A stretch of 64,000 nt of DNA from Thermodesulfobacteriota bacterium (GTDB lineage Bacteria > Desulfobacterota > Desulfobacteria > Desulfobacterales > SURF-7). The notes under the pieces were generated by a model. That model was not told the origin of the DNA. It ran no database searches and saw only the letters and a list, made by a program, of their open reading frames with translations. Numbering within the stretch: position 1 is the stretch's first letter; each line of letters starts with the position of its first letter. Below are positions 9,935 through 19,574 of the stretch, piece after piece. Both the position numbers and the translations under genes were made by a program. Location of the stretch: contig JBMORA010000013.1 in the NCBI GenBank assembly GCA_049320885.1, forward strand, positions 64,001-128,000, given 5' to 3'.

Positions 9935-12184
9935 TTAATAACTGGTCCAATCCACATCGCTTCCGGGACGGACCGCTTCCATCTGTTGGTCTTCCTGGAT
10001 TTCGGGAACTTTGTCCATGAACATCAGGAAGCGGGCCGTGTACTCGATCCACATTTCCGGGTCCGGAATCCGCGGCACCTTGTCCGGGGTATAATACACA
10101 TACGGCATTTTGGTACCCCGGCCCGCATAGACATCCGGATCACGCAAAAAATTCTTGATCCAATCGAACCGCAGCCGAGACTTGGAGAGCATCAGGTTGA
10201 TGGACAGATCCTCGACCTTGACATCCGGGGGCAGCGTGCCGTCGAGGGCTACCGGATGGCATTGCATGCATTTGTCACTGAGCACGCGGTATTCCCCCAT
10301 CTGTATGGTTTCCGCCTCATAATCGGTTCTTACCGGGAGCAGCACGTAAGGGGCGCGGGGTTGAATCGATTCGGACGGCGGCGCCTGCAATACGAAATGC
10401 TCGATCAGTTCCGTTTTGTCCGCATAGCGGAAGGCAAACTCCGGCATGCGCATTTTCAGCCAGGGCCGCATCTCGGTGGGCCGGCTGAGAAACTGAAAAA
10501 GCCATTGGGGCTGGACCCGTTCGCCTTCGCCCAGCAGGCGGGGCGGAATCATGGATTTCAACGCCAGATGTTCGCTGATGCGCGGAGCCTGGTCTTCGGC
10601 CAGCTGATGACATCCCGCGCAGTTGTAATGGCCCAGGAGCCATGTGCCTTGCCGGCGGATGCGCATCTCGGGACGGGTGGCGGACAGGTAGCCGGCCGGC
10701 AGATCATAGGCGTCCTGGTGCAGGTAAAAAATACCAAGGGCCTCGATTTCGGCATCCCCAAAAACGGACTTGCGCACATAATCGGGCATTTTCAGGGGCA
10801 TGTCCTCGGTGGCAAACAGATCGGGCTGCCGGATCTTGGACAAGAGCCAATCCCATTTGGTGCGCGGCACGGTGGTGTCGTTGCCGAAGGGCAATTCTTC
10901 GAGACGCTTGTGGGCGACTTCCGCCACGTCAAGGCCGGCCTTGGGCAATTTGCTCAGGGATTCGATGGGGTGGCAGCCATAACAGCCGTAGGTCTGCACC
11001 GCCGACCGGCCTTCGGCCGCATCGCCTCCGGATAGCTGTTCCGGTAAAACCCCGCCGAGCCGTTGAGCGACCTGTTGCTCCCGCAAACCGTCGAGATAGA
11101 GGCACAAATGACCGATGTCTGCCTCCGTCAGCATCATTTTCGGCATGGCGGTCCGGGAAATGAGTGCGCCAGGATTGCGCAGCCAGGCGGCCGTCCAGCC
11201 GGAATCCAGCTTCAAACCGGCATCCGCCAGGTTGGGCACCCGGTCCGCCAGTGACCCCTGATCCGGCAGCACGCTGTGGCAGGCGATACATCCTTTGTCC
11301 GTAAACAGCGTTCGTCCCAGGTCCCTGTTTCCCGCTGGTTTTCCGCCGGTGTTTACCGCCGGATCGATGGTACGCAGGGTGGTCAGATAGGCGACGATAT
11401 GGCGCACGGTGTCTTCGGTCAGCCGAAAACCCGGCATAAGCGTCCGCCGGCGGATGGCCGAAGGTTCCGTTATCCAACTGAACAACCAGGCCGGAGTCCG
11501 GATCTTGAGGCCAATGCCGTCAAGGGCGGTGGACATGGGCGGCAGGTTTTCGGCCGCGGGAGTTGCGTGGCAGCCGTAACAGCCATGTTCGACAAAAAGG
11601 GTCTCGCCATAGGCAGCTTTTTCAGCCCCCGCAAGGCCGAAGGCGCTGTCATGGCATCCATAGCAAAGACCCTGGATAAGGTTCAAGGGCACGCGCGGCC
11701 TGGGCCAGTTGGCCTCATGGCCATGGGCTTTCGCACTGGTGAGCGCAGTTCCCTGGCCATGATGGCAGAGGGTGCATCCGAAGCGGTTGGGCGGGTGATG
11801 GTGGAGCATCTCGGCCGGATGGGAGCGCAGGGGAAGCTCCGCGTCTCGGAAAAGGGAATTCTCCATTCCCAGATGGCAGGTTCCGCACAGATCCCGGACA
11901 CCGGCGTCCGGCAGAAAAATCTGCCGGATGGTGACCTCCTCATCGGACCGGACCTCCTGATACAGCTTCCGCCATTTCATCAGGTCTCCCTCGTTTCCGG
12001 ACGCTTCGGCGGTTTCCACCTTTTCCCTCAGCCTCTGGGAATACGCTTTCCGGTAGTCCCGCTGAATGGCTTTCCACTCCTGCCGTTCGTCGGTCTTAAT
12101 GGTCGCCAGCACCAGGAGCAGCAAGCCGCTCGACAGGATCAGAAACAGAATGCGATGGGATGGTTTTGATCGAATGGGAGCCAT
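9935..12184 (-). CDS. Membrane-anchored octaheme cytochrome c
   Basis: N-terminal TM helix; eight CxxCH motifs (CGTCH, CTLCH, CYGCH x3, CIACH, CAGCH, CMQCH); repeated distal MP motifs. Confidence 0.9.
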   Translation of the reverse strand: MAPIRSKPSHRILFLILSSGLLLLVLATIKTDERQEWKAIQRDYRKAYSQRLREKVETAEASGNEGDLMKWRKLYQEVRSDEEVTIRQIFLPDAGVRDLCGTCHLGMENSLFRDAELPLRSHPAEMLHHHPPNRFGCTLCHHGQGTALTSAKAHGHEANWPRPRVPLNLIQGLCYGCHDSAFGLAGAEKAAYGETLFVEHGCYGCHATPAAENLPPMSTALDGIGLKIRTPAWLFSWITEPSAIRRRTLMPGFRLTEDTVRHIVAYLTTLRTIDPAVNTGGKPAGNRDLGRTLFTDKGCIACHSVLPDQGSLADRVPNLADAGLKLDSGWTAAWLRNPGALISRTAMPKMMLTEADIGHLCLYLDGLREQQVAQRLGGVLPEQLSGGDAAEGRSAVQTYGCYGCHPIESLSKLPKAGLDVAEVAHKRLEELPFGNDTTVPRTKWDWLLSKIRQPDLFATEDMPLKMPDYVRKSVFGDAEIEALGIFYLHQDAYDLPAGYLSATRPEMRIRRQGTWLLGHYNCAGCHQLAEDQAPRISEHLALKSMIPPRLLGEGERVQPQWLFQFLSRPTEMRPWLKMRMPEFAFRYADKTELIEHFVLQAPPSESIQPRAPYVLLPVRTDYEAETIQMGEYRVLSDKCMQCHPVALDGTLPPDVKVEDLSINLMLSKSRLRFDWIKNFLRDPDVYAGRGTKMPYVYYTPDKVPRIPDPEMWIEYTARFLMFMDKVPEIQEDQQMEAVRPGSDVDWTSY

Positions 12185-12190
12185 AACGCA

Positions 12191-12919
12191 CTAAACTGAA
12201 AAATGAGTGGTTGTAATAATGTATTTCAGGTGAAAAAAAATCCGCAGCAGCATTTTACCGGGAATGCTGAACATCAGAAGAATCAACACCCAGGCGAACA
12301 GGAATTTGAGGCGATCCGCCTGTTGGAACCGCTTCCTGGCATATAAAGCCGAAAGCAGCAGTCCCGCTCCGAAGTAAGCCGCTATCAGCGACAAACCGGT
12401 ACTGTTGGGCAGGCTGGACAGCGGCGGTTCAGGAGGCTTGACGATGCTCCAGTCCTCCCACGGCCAATAGAAATGCCAGCTGGGTCCGCGTAAAAACTGC
12501 CCGATGAGGATCAGGCCGAACCAGAGGGCATATCCGCAGAGGAAAATGGATATGGCCAGGCGCCGCCCTCGGAAACCATAACTGCCGACCCCTTTTGGAT
12601 TGGGGTCGATGTAAGGGAGACACATCAGTCCGAAAATGATGAAAAAGGGAAGGCACACGCCGGCGATCCACGGGTCGAAATACACCAGAACCTCCTGAAG
12701 ACCGACAAAATACCAGGGGGCTTTGGCCGGATTTTCCGTCCAATTGGGGTCGGCGATTTCCTTCAGCGGTGCGTCCACAAACAGGGACCAGACGCACAAA
12801 ACGATCATGGCGGCAAGAATCGCCAGCAACTCCTTATATACCAAATCCGGAAAGGTGAAGATTTCGTTTTCTTTTTCCGCTTCGTTCCGGATTTCAGAAC
12901 CCGTTATCAGTGTCTTCAC
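12191..12919 (-). CDS. Cytochrome b C-terminal part / subunit IV-like protein
   Basis: GTG start; FPDLV, DAPL..IADP..TENPAKAPWYF.GLQE, PYIDPNP. Confidence 0.85.
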   Translation of the reverse strand: MKTLITGSEIRNEAEKENEIFTFPDLVYKELLAILAAMIVLCVWSLFVDAPLKEIADPNWTENPAKAPWYFVGLQEVLVYFDPWIAGVCLPFFIIFGLMCLPYIDPNPKGVGSYGFRGRRLAISIFLCGYALWFGLILIGQFLRGPSWHFYWPWEDWSIVKPPEPPLSSLPNSTGLSLIAAYFGAGLLLSALYARKRFQQADRLKFLFAWVLILLMFSIPGKMLLRIFFHLKYIITTTHFSV

Positions 12920-12984
12920 GAGCGCCTTCCTTGTTTCCTGTCATCAATTGCCGGATACCATATGCATCCAACCATCGGCCTCCG

Positions 12985-13734
12985 TTACAGTGGCCGCGAA
13001 ATGCCGCCGTCCTTGCGCACCCGCCAGAAATGAACCAGCATCAGGAGGGCGCACAAAAGCGGTAGAAGAACACAATGCAGCACATAAAAGCGCAACAAGG
13101 CATTCCCCCCCACTTCCGAATCCCCCAGCAGCAGATATTTCATGTCGTTGGCCCCATGAATCCCCAACAGTTCGTGAAACGGTCCCTCCACGCCCAAAAA
13201 CGGCGTGGCCGCCGCCATTTTCGAACCCACGGTGATGGCCCAGAAGGCGATCTGGTCCCAGGGGAGCAGATAACCGGTGAAACTGAGCAGCAGCGTCGTC
13301 ACCAGCAGGAGAACTCCCACCACCCAGTTGAATTCCCTCGGGGGTTTGTAGGAACCGGTCAAAAAAACCCGCAGCATGTGCAGCATGACCAGCAACACCA
13401 TGGCATGGGCCGCCCAGCGGTGCATGTTGCGCAGGAACAGGCCGAAACGGACCGTGTGCTCCAGCAGTTTCATGTCGAGATAGGCATATTCCGGCAAGGG
13501 CCGGTAATAGAACATCAGGAGAATGCCCGTGACGGTTTCCACCAGAAACATAAAGAGCGTCAGTCCGCCCAGGCAGAAAGTGAAACGCACCCTCGCCGCC
13601 GTTCGCGGAATGGTCACCGGATGCAGGTGCAGAAAGACGTTTGCCGAAACCGCCAGAGAACGATTTCGGGGCGTGTCCTTGAATGGATGGCGGAACACCG
13701 AACGCCAGAGCCGTGTCGCGGTTATCTTCTCCAT
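12985..13734 (-). CDS. Cytochrome b6-like N-terminal subunit of a Rieske/cytb complex
   Basis: [14 protein letters not shown]...[32 protein letters not shown]...VHF; four heme His residues. Confidence 0.95.
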   Translation of the reverse strand: MEKITATRLWRSVFRHPFKDTPRNRSLAVSANVFLHLHPVTIPRTAARVRFTFCLGGLTLFMFLVETVTGILLMFYYRPLPEYAYLDMKLLEHTVRFGLFLRNMHRWAAHAMVLLVMLHMLRVFLTGSYKPPREFNWVVGVLLLVTTLLLSFTGYLLPWDQIAFWAITVGSKMAAATPFLGVEGPFHELLGIHGANDMKYLLLGDSEVGGNALLRFYVLHCVLLPLLCALLMLVHFWRVRKDGGISRPL

Positions 13735-13746
13735 GGGCGCTTTCCG

Positions 13747-14478
13747 TTAGGGGGCCAGCAGGGTTTTCAGGTACCGGCAATCCGCTGCCAGAAACTCGTG
13801 GGTCAATTGAAAAAGCGCCTCGTAAAAGTGAAATACCTCCAGGCAGGCGTCCTCCGAGTCCGGCAGATTTTTCTCCAGCCGGCGGCAGCTTTCCAACAGT
13901 TGGCCGGTCCAAAGCAGGGGATGCCGTTCCAGAAAATCCTGCTCCGCCCTCATATAGGGAAACACATCCCGGTCGCTCTGCAGGGCCATTAATTCCTTGA
14001 AGGTCAAAAAATGCAGGAACTCCATTTGATAGCAGATATGATCCGGCCGGTCCTCCATGCTGCCTTCGCCGTAACTCAATCCGAAATGATTGTAAAACAG
14101 AATGAGCTCCCGGAAGATCGCCTGACGGTCTTCCCGGTAGAGCCCTTCCAACAGGGGTATCGGCGGACTGCCCGGTCCGGCTTCAAACAGCCGGATGAAT
14201 TCCACTTCGATGTTTTCATCGGAGACCGTTGCCAGTCCGCGGAGTCGGGCTTTTTCCTTTTCCCGCCACTCAAAAGGGTAGGGAAGATTTTCCGTCAGGC
14301 GACCCAGGGCCTGTTCCAGATCACCGTTTTGGGCCTGACGACGGAAGGGTTCGTCCGGATACCGGAATATTTCCGCGATGAGCGAGTACATGCGGCTGCG
14401 ATTGGCAGTGGTGATCTCCGCCTGGTTTTTCAGCTGGTCGGTAAAGAGAGCTTCCATGGAAATATCCTTTATGATCAT
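13747..14478 (-). CDS. TorD/DmsD-family chaperone (EbdD-like delta subunit)
   Basis: EFIRLFEAG, FYNHFGL, RPDHICYQMEFLHFL, FLERH. Confidence 0.85.
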   Translation of the reverse strand: MIIKDISMEALFTDQLKNQAEITTANRSRMYSLIAEIFRYPDEPFRRQAQNGDLEQALGRLTENLPYPFEWREKEKARLRGLATVSDENIEVEFIRLFEAGPGSPPIPLLEGLYREDRQAIFRELILFYNHFGLSYGEGSMEDRPDHICYQMEFLHFLTFKELMALQSDRDVFPYMRAEQDFLERHPLLWTGQLLESCRRLEKNLPDSEDACLEVFHFYEALFQLTHEFLAADCRYLKTLLAP

Positions 14479-15608
14479 GTTTGTTTCGGTTTTCGCTGCA
14501 ACAGGGCCGGATCCTGTCCAAAAGGACCGAACATGGCCTTCCAGTCCTTGGCGATCAGAAGTTCCATCAGTTCGGATTTCCCGCCTTTTCGGACCTTTTC
14601 CATTTCCTGCTTCATGGTTGTGAGGGCCGTTTCGACCTCGGGGCCGAACAGGAACCGCAGATAGGCCATGGGAATGCGGTCCTTGGTGGGTTCGATGCGG
14701 CCCTGTTCATCAATGGCAGGCGGCGAAAGGGGCGGCACATAAAAAACATTGGGCTCCGTGCCGTATTCCGGATGAAGGGGCAGGGCCACCTTCCACACAT
14801 GGACGAGCTTGTGGATAATCCCCTGCTTGTCGTCCAGGAATCCCACGAAGCGCACCCGTCCGGTGCATTGACGCGCGCAGGCGTTGGCGACCTTTTCCTC
14901 CAGACGGGGATAGCAGAAGATGCACTTCATGCTCGTCTTGGTAAGGAAATTGAAGTAAATGACTTTATACGGGCAGGCCTCCAGGCAGAACCGGTACCCC
15001 TTGCAGCGTTCCTGGTCGATGACCACGGCACCGTCCGCTTCCCGTTTATAAATCGCATTCCGGGGACAGGCATCCACGCAAGCCGGATAGGCGCAGTGGT
15101 TGCAAATTCTCGGCAGGTAGAAATAAAAAGAGTTCGGATACTTCCCGCCGCCCTGATCTTCATCCCAATTCATACCCCAGTTGGGCGTGGAACCGTCCGG
15201 GTTGCGGGCCTCCAGATGTTTATCGCCGGCCTTGGAAGTAAACACTTCGTCGTAGTTGAACTGCCAATTGTCCCCGAAATCCGTGCGGGTGGGAAGCTGG
15301 CCTCTGACCGGATCCCGGACCTTGCCGCCGAAGAGCACCTTGTAGCCCCCGCCCATTCTTTCCCAGTCTTTGGGAGAGCCTTTCCCGGGTTGGGTGTTCA
15401 CCTTGTTCCACCACATATATTCGCGTCCCTCGATCTGGGTCCAGAGGGTTTTGCAGGCCATGGAGCATAGCTGGCAGCCGATGCATTTGTTTAGATCCAT
15501 CACCATGGCCACCTGTTTTTTGCATTCGCGCAATTTGTCCTTGGAGGCCTGAAATTCATTGGCCAATTCCTTCTCGCGATCCGATAGTTCTTTTTGATCA
15601 ACCGGCAT
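14475..15608 (-). CDS. Fe-S beta subunit of a type II DMSO-reductase-family enzyme (EbdB/AhyB-like)
   Basis: CIGCQLCSMACK, YMWWNKV, WDEDQGGG, CNHCAYPACVDACP, CKGYRFCLEACPY (3Fe-4S type), CIFCYPR..ACARQC, EYGTEPNVFYVPP; AGGAG RBS. Confidence 0.92.
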   Translation of the reverse strand: MPVDQKELSDREKELANEFQASKDKLRECKKQVAMVMDLNKCIGCQLCSMACKTLWTQIEGREYMWWNKVNTQPGKGSPKDWERMGGGYKVLFGGKVRDPVRGQLPTRTDFGDNWQFNYDEVFTSKAGDKHLEARNPDGSTPNWGMNWDEDQGGGKYPNSFYFYLPRICNHCAYPACVDACPRNAIYKREADGAVVIDQERCKGYRFCLEACPYKVIYFNFLTKTSMKCIFCYPRLEEKVANACARQCTGRVRFVGFLDDKQGIIHKLVHVWKVALPLHPEYGTEPNVFYVPPLSPPAIDEQGRIEPTKDRIPMAYLRFLFGPEVETALTTMKQEMEKVRKGGKSELMELLIAKDWKAMFGPFGQDPALLQRKPKQT

Positions 15609-15619
15609 GTGAAGTCTCC

Positions 15620-16294
15620 TTATTCCAAAATTAGTTTCCGCCACTCCTTGCTGAAGGCCTTGACGCCGCCGCGTTCGCCGTTGCCCCCTTCCCATACCGC
15701 AAAGCCGATGACCGTTTCCGAACCCGGCGCAAGGTTCACCGCTTCCTCCTTGACGGAAAGCGGCCGGGCGATCACCACCCGCCAGGTCTTGCCCTCCCAT
15801 TTGGAGCCGGATACCAGGGACGATTCCTCGGTATACAGGGAGGTGGAAAGGCCGTGGGCGATCTGGTTTTTCGGCTTCTCCTCAAAATCCGGACGCCAGT
15901 ACCAGCTGTTGGTGGGAAAATCCTTGGAGCCCATTTCCTTGATTGGGGTTTGATCCGCCGATTTGAAGGGCAGCAGCAGGGAGACGCCGTCCGGGAAGGT
16001 GCCCACGTCACCGATGGTGTAATTGGGAGTTTCACTGCCCCACTCCAACCGGAAAAAAATATCCTGCCCGTTATGGGCCGCTTTGACCTGTAATTCCTTG
16101 ACGGCGCCGATGACCTTTTCATCGAAAGTCGCCTTTATATACGGTGACGGCTGGTTGGCCAGCGGAGTAGCCGCCGTTTCGACCAGCAGGCTGTTCAGCC
16201 GGCTCCATACGACCGCCCCGGGATCCAGCATTTCCTTGCGGGGGGCGGACAGTTTTTTGGCGATGATTTGCTGATTCTGGTTTTCATTGCTCAT
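15620..16294 (-). CDS. Soluble heme b gamma subunit (EbdC/AhyC-like, DOMON-like fold)
   Basis: VKAAHNG..IFFRLEW, FPDGV, EMGS...WYW (Met ligand), W.VVIARPL, FAVWEGGNGERGGVK (Lys ligand). Confidence 0.9.
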   Translation of the reverse strand: MSNENQNQQIIAKKLSAPRKEMLDPGAVVWSRLNSLLVETAATPLANQPSPYIKATFDEKVIGAVKELQVKAAHNGQDIFFRLEWGSETPNYTIGDVGTFPDGVSLLLPFKSADQTPIKEMGSKDFPTNSWYWRPDFEEKPKNQIAHGLSTSLYTEESSLVSGSKWEGKTWRVVIARPLSVKEEAVNLAPGSETVIGFAVWEGGNGERGGVKAFSKEWRKLILE

Positions 16295-16342
16295 CTTTCG
16301 ATCTCCTTTTGAACCACCCTGTAAGTATTGGAAAGCGGCGCA

Positions 16343-19258
16343 TCAAACCTTCGCTTTTTCGACTTCCACGGCTATGGCGCGGTCCACCGGCTGCAGGCAC
16401 CAGTTCCAACGCCAGAAATTCAGATGTCCGTACCCTCCCGCCAGATCCAGCCATTTGATCATGCCGGGAATGGCAGCGTCATAGCTTTTCCATTTTTTGA
16501 ACATGTAGGGCTCCCAGGCGTGATAGACAATCACTTGTCCGGGCTGCGATCCTTTGCCGGGCTTGGCCGCGGCGGTGAGTTTCACATGGATGTAGAAATC
16601 GTCGAAATCATTATAGACATGTACGTAGTCATCATTTTTGATTCCACGTTTTTCCGCGTCCTCCGGGTTCATGAACATAAAGGGCCGGCCCTGGTGGGTG
16701 CGCAGCAATTGCTGCCCGGTGACCCAGATGGAATGGATGCTCCAGCGCTGATGCCCGCTGGTCATGGTGAGGGGGTAGTTCCCGCCGATGTTCGGATTGG
16801 GTTTGTGAACCGGCAGCTGCTCCTTGGCTTCCACAAACCAGGGATGATCGATATAGAACTGGATCCTGCGGTTATAGGTCGGGTAAGGGATTTTCTTGCC
16901 CGTATGCCAGGTCAGGGGAATGATGGGTTCATCGGGCTTGATGTCCGTCGCCAGGTTCATGCTCACCGCATCGAAGGGCGAAACCCCCACAAAGCGCACG
17001 ATGCCTTCCTGGCGCATACGGGCGACATTGGTTCCCTTGGGCAGGTTGCCCAGGAGAACGCTGGCCTCCAAGGCATCTTCCATGATTTCCTCGAAGTTAT
17101 TGGCTTCCATGGCCTGGACTTTTCCGAGATTTTTCAGGTTGATTTTCCGTCCGTCGCGGAGCGTGAACTCCGTCTTGCCTCGTTTCTCGGCCGCGGCTTC
17201 GATCTTTTCCGCCAGCATGCGGCAGATATCCCATTCCGGCTTGGACTCCCCGATGGGCTTGACAGCCTGATCGGTGAGGGTCAGCCAGGGCACATGGGGG
17301 GTGGGAAACCGGGTGTCCAGCTTTTCATAAAAGCCGGCGCCGGGGAGGGCGTAGTCCGAATACAACAGGGTCGTGCTCCAGCGGGTTTCGAAACCGAAGA
17401 TCAGGTTGAACTTGGGCCATAGCGAGGTCAGGATGTTTTTGTTGAATCCGCGGTTTTTTCTGGCCGGATTGGTGCCCATATAGAAATAGACCTGGGGCTT
17501 TTGATCCCTGGCCGGCTTGACGAAGCCGTCCCACCAGCCTTTGGTGATGGCCTCCTCCATATATTCCGGGAATTCCCGTTTCATCGTGGGGCAATGCCAG
17601 GACTTTCGATCCCAGGCGGCCTTGTAATCGGAATGGAAATACCAGAGGAAGTTCGGAACGGTCCAGTTCAGCTCCTTGCGATCCCGTTCACGTTCCAGGT
17701 GGATGGACAGCATTTCATCGGTCAGGGTCGGATCCAGCCGTTTGAAATGCGCCATGATTTTTTTATCCTTGGGAAGATGTTGGATGGTGGCCATATTGCC
17801 GATCCGCGGTTTCATGATCTGCAGCAGGGCACCCTCAAAAAGGGATTCGTTCCAGCCGCGGATGCCGCTGCCTTTCTTGCCGAAACTGCCGGTGAGCGCC
17901 AGCACCAGACACATGCTTCGCTCAATCAAATCTCCATGATAGTATTTCGGTGAATTCCATCCCACCATGACCTGGATATGCCCCATGGCATTGGCGCACT
18001 TCTGCGCCAGCCGCCGGATGGTGTCCGGGTGGGTATTGCACAGCTTGGCCGCTTTTTCCGGTGTATAGTCGCGGTTGAGCAGCTCCTTGAGCTCATTGAA
18101 CGTCGGTTGCACCTTGACGGCAGAGCCGTCTTTCAGTGTGACCGTGAAGACCCCGGTCAATGCCGGATCGCAGGACAGCGTCAGGGTTTCCAGGGCGGCC
18201 TTTACCGGTTTGCCGGTTTTGGCGTCCCAGTAGTAGAACTGATCGTCGCGTCCGCCCGCCTCCATATCGGCCACCCGCAAGAAACGCTGATTGTCCATCC
18301 GGACCAGCAGCGGCAGGTCGGTCTGCTCCTTGACAAAGGGCGTATCGATCTGGTTCTTTTCGATAAGCACCTGGCAGACAGCGAGTCCCAGGGCCGTATC
18401 GCCCCCGGGATCCACCGGCACCCATTCGTCGGCATGCATGGCGCTGGGGGAGTAATCCGGTGCGATGGTGATGACTTCCGCGCCGTTGTAACGCGCCTCG
18501 GCGATGAAATGGTAACAGGGAATCCGGGTATACACCGGATTCATGTGCCAGATCAGCAGGAGCTTGCCGAAAAACCAGCCGTCGGCGGAGTCCATGAACT
18601 GAAATTTGCCCATGGTTTCATACACTCCCCGGTTGAAATCGCCGATGGTGGTGTTCGTGTCGAGGGAAACCGCTCCCAGCAGCACGGAAAGACGGTGAAC
18701 GGCGATAATGTGCAGGTACCCGCCGTTGCCCGGACCGTTCTCGTTGATAATGGATTCCGGACCTTCTTTTTCCATGGCGTCCAGTATCCCTTCGGCGATA
18801 TCTCCCAGGGCTTCATCCCAGCTGATTTTTTTCCATTTGCCGCTGCCGCGTTCGCCCACGCGCTTCATGGGATATTTCAGCCGGTCCGGGTTGTACATCA
18901 TCAAGCTGTAAGAGGCGCCCTTCTGGCAGCCGCGGGGATTGAAATCCGGTCCGGTGGGATCCACCACCGGGTATTTGGCCGCCTGCTCCTCGCGAAAAAC
19001 CACCCCGTCCTTTGAATACACCCGCCAGAGGCAGTTGCCTGGATAACAATCCACCAGATGGGTGCCGAAGGTGACCCGGTCCCAGGTCCATTCCTTGCGG
19101 TGCAGATCTTCCCAGCGGCCGTAGTCCCATTCGTTGAGCACTTTTTCCGCTGCATTGGCATTACCACCTAGAAACCCCAAGGAATTCAATGACAGCATCA
19201 CGGCCGAGGCTCCCGTAATCTTTAAAAACTCCCGCCGATTCAGTTCCAATTGACGCAT
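16343..19258 (-). CDS. Mo-bisPGD catalytic alpha subunit, ethylbenzene-dehydrogenase class; probable alkane C2-methylene hydroxylase AhyA-like
   Basis: Tat signal NRREFLK; FS0 motif THLVDCYPGNC...NPRGCQKG; IGD Asp Mo ligand; NPVYTRIP..HFIAEARYNGA; SGHQRWSIHS. The Ahy assignment rests on recalled similarity only. Confidence 0.85.
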   Translation of the reverse strand: MRQLELNRREFLKITGASAVMLSLNSLGFLGGNANAAEKVLNEWDYGRWEDLHRKEWTWDRVTFGTHLVDCYPGNCLWRVYSKDGVVFREEQAAKYPVVDPTGPDFNPRGCQKGASYSLMMYNPDRLKYPMKRVGERGSGKWKKISWDEALGDIAEGILDAMEKEGPESIINENGPGNGGYLHIIAVHRLSVLLGAVSLDTNTTIGDFNRGVYETMGKFQFMDSADGWFFGKLLLIWHMNPVYTRIPCYHFIAEARYNGAEVITIAPDYSPSAMHADEWVPVDPGGDTALGLAVCQVLIEKNQIDTPFVKEQTDLPLLVRMDNQRFLRVADMEAGGRDDQFYYWDAKTGKPVKAALETLTLSCDPALTGVFTVTLKDGSAVKVQPTFNELKELLNRDYTPEKAAKLCNTHPDTIRRLAQKCANAMGHIQVMVGWNSPKYYHGDLIERSMCLVLALTGSFGKKGSGIRGWNESLFEGALLQIMKPRIGNMATIQHLPKDKKIMAHFKRLDPTLTDEMLSIHLERERDRKELNWTVPNFLWYFHSDYKAAWDRKSWHCPTMKREFPEYMEEAITKGWWDGFVKPARDQKPQVYFYMGTNPARKNRGFNKNILTSLWPKFNLIFGFETRWSTTLLYSDYALPGAGFYEKLDTRFPTPHVPWLTLTDQAVKPIGESKPEWDICRMLAEKIEAAAEKRGKTEFTLRDGRKINLKNLGKVQAMEANNFEEIMEDALEASVLLGNLPKGTNVARMRQEGIVRFVGVSPFDAVSMNLATDIKPDEPIIPLTWHTGKKIPYPTYNRRIQFYIDHPWFVEAKEQLPVHKPNPNIGGNYPLTMTSGHQRWSIHSIWVTGQQLLRTHQGRPFMFMNPEDAEKRGIKNDDYVHVYNDFDDFYIHVKLTAAAKPGKGSQPGQVIVYHAWEPYMFKKWKSYDAAIPGMIKWLDLAGGYGHLNFWRWNWCLQPVDRAIAVEVEKAKV

Positions 19259-19280
19259 ATCCCCTCCTGATAAATTGACG

Positions 19281-19574
19281 TTACGGTTCCGCCGCCGCGA
19301 CCAGACGGATGGCGTTCCACGGGCATCCGGTCACATGACTGCTGTCCGGTCCGCCGGTTTGACAATTCCCGCAACCGCTGCACCGTGATGAATCCACCTG
19401 CATTTTCTTGAACGGATAATTCTCCGGGTCTTCCATCAGCCGCAGGGCGTCGCGGCTGCAAAAAATCCGGCAGATCGGGCTGCCGCCACAGCCGGTGCAG
19501 CCCTCCGTCACCCGGGCAATCTTCCTGGTCCCGGTGCGGAGGAGGCGCTTCTTTTCCGCCGGTCCCGGATCCAT
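19281..19574 (-). CDS. Small 2x[4Fe-4S] ferredoxin-like protein
   Basis: CTGCGGSPICRIFC and CSGCGNC...GCPWNAI; ATG directly follows the Rieske stop codon (TAAATG). Confidence 0.8.
   Translation of the reverse strand: MDPGPAEKKRLLRTGTRKIARVTEGCTGCGGSPICRIFCSRDALRLMEDPENYPFKKMQVDSSRCSGCGNCQTGGPDSSHVTGCPWNAIRLVAAAEP

Noticed and set aside
16343..19258. Calling the Mo enzyme a respiratory nitrate reductase (NarG) or perchlorate reductase
   Set aside because: At 971 aa with a Tat signal, a soluble Met/Lys heme b gamma subunit and no NarI, it fits the EBDH class; a reductase role is not fully excluded without a phylogeny
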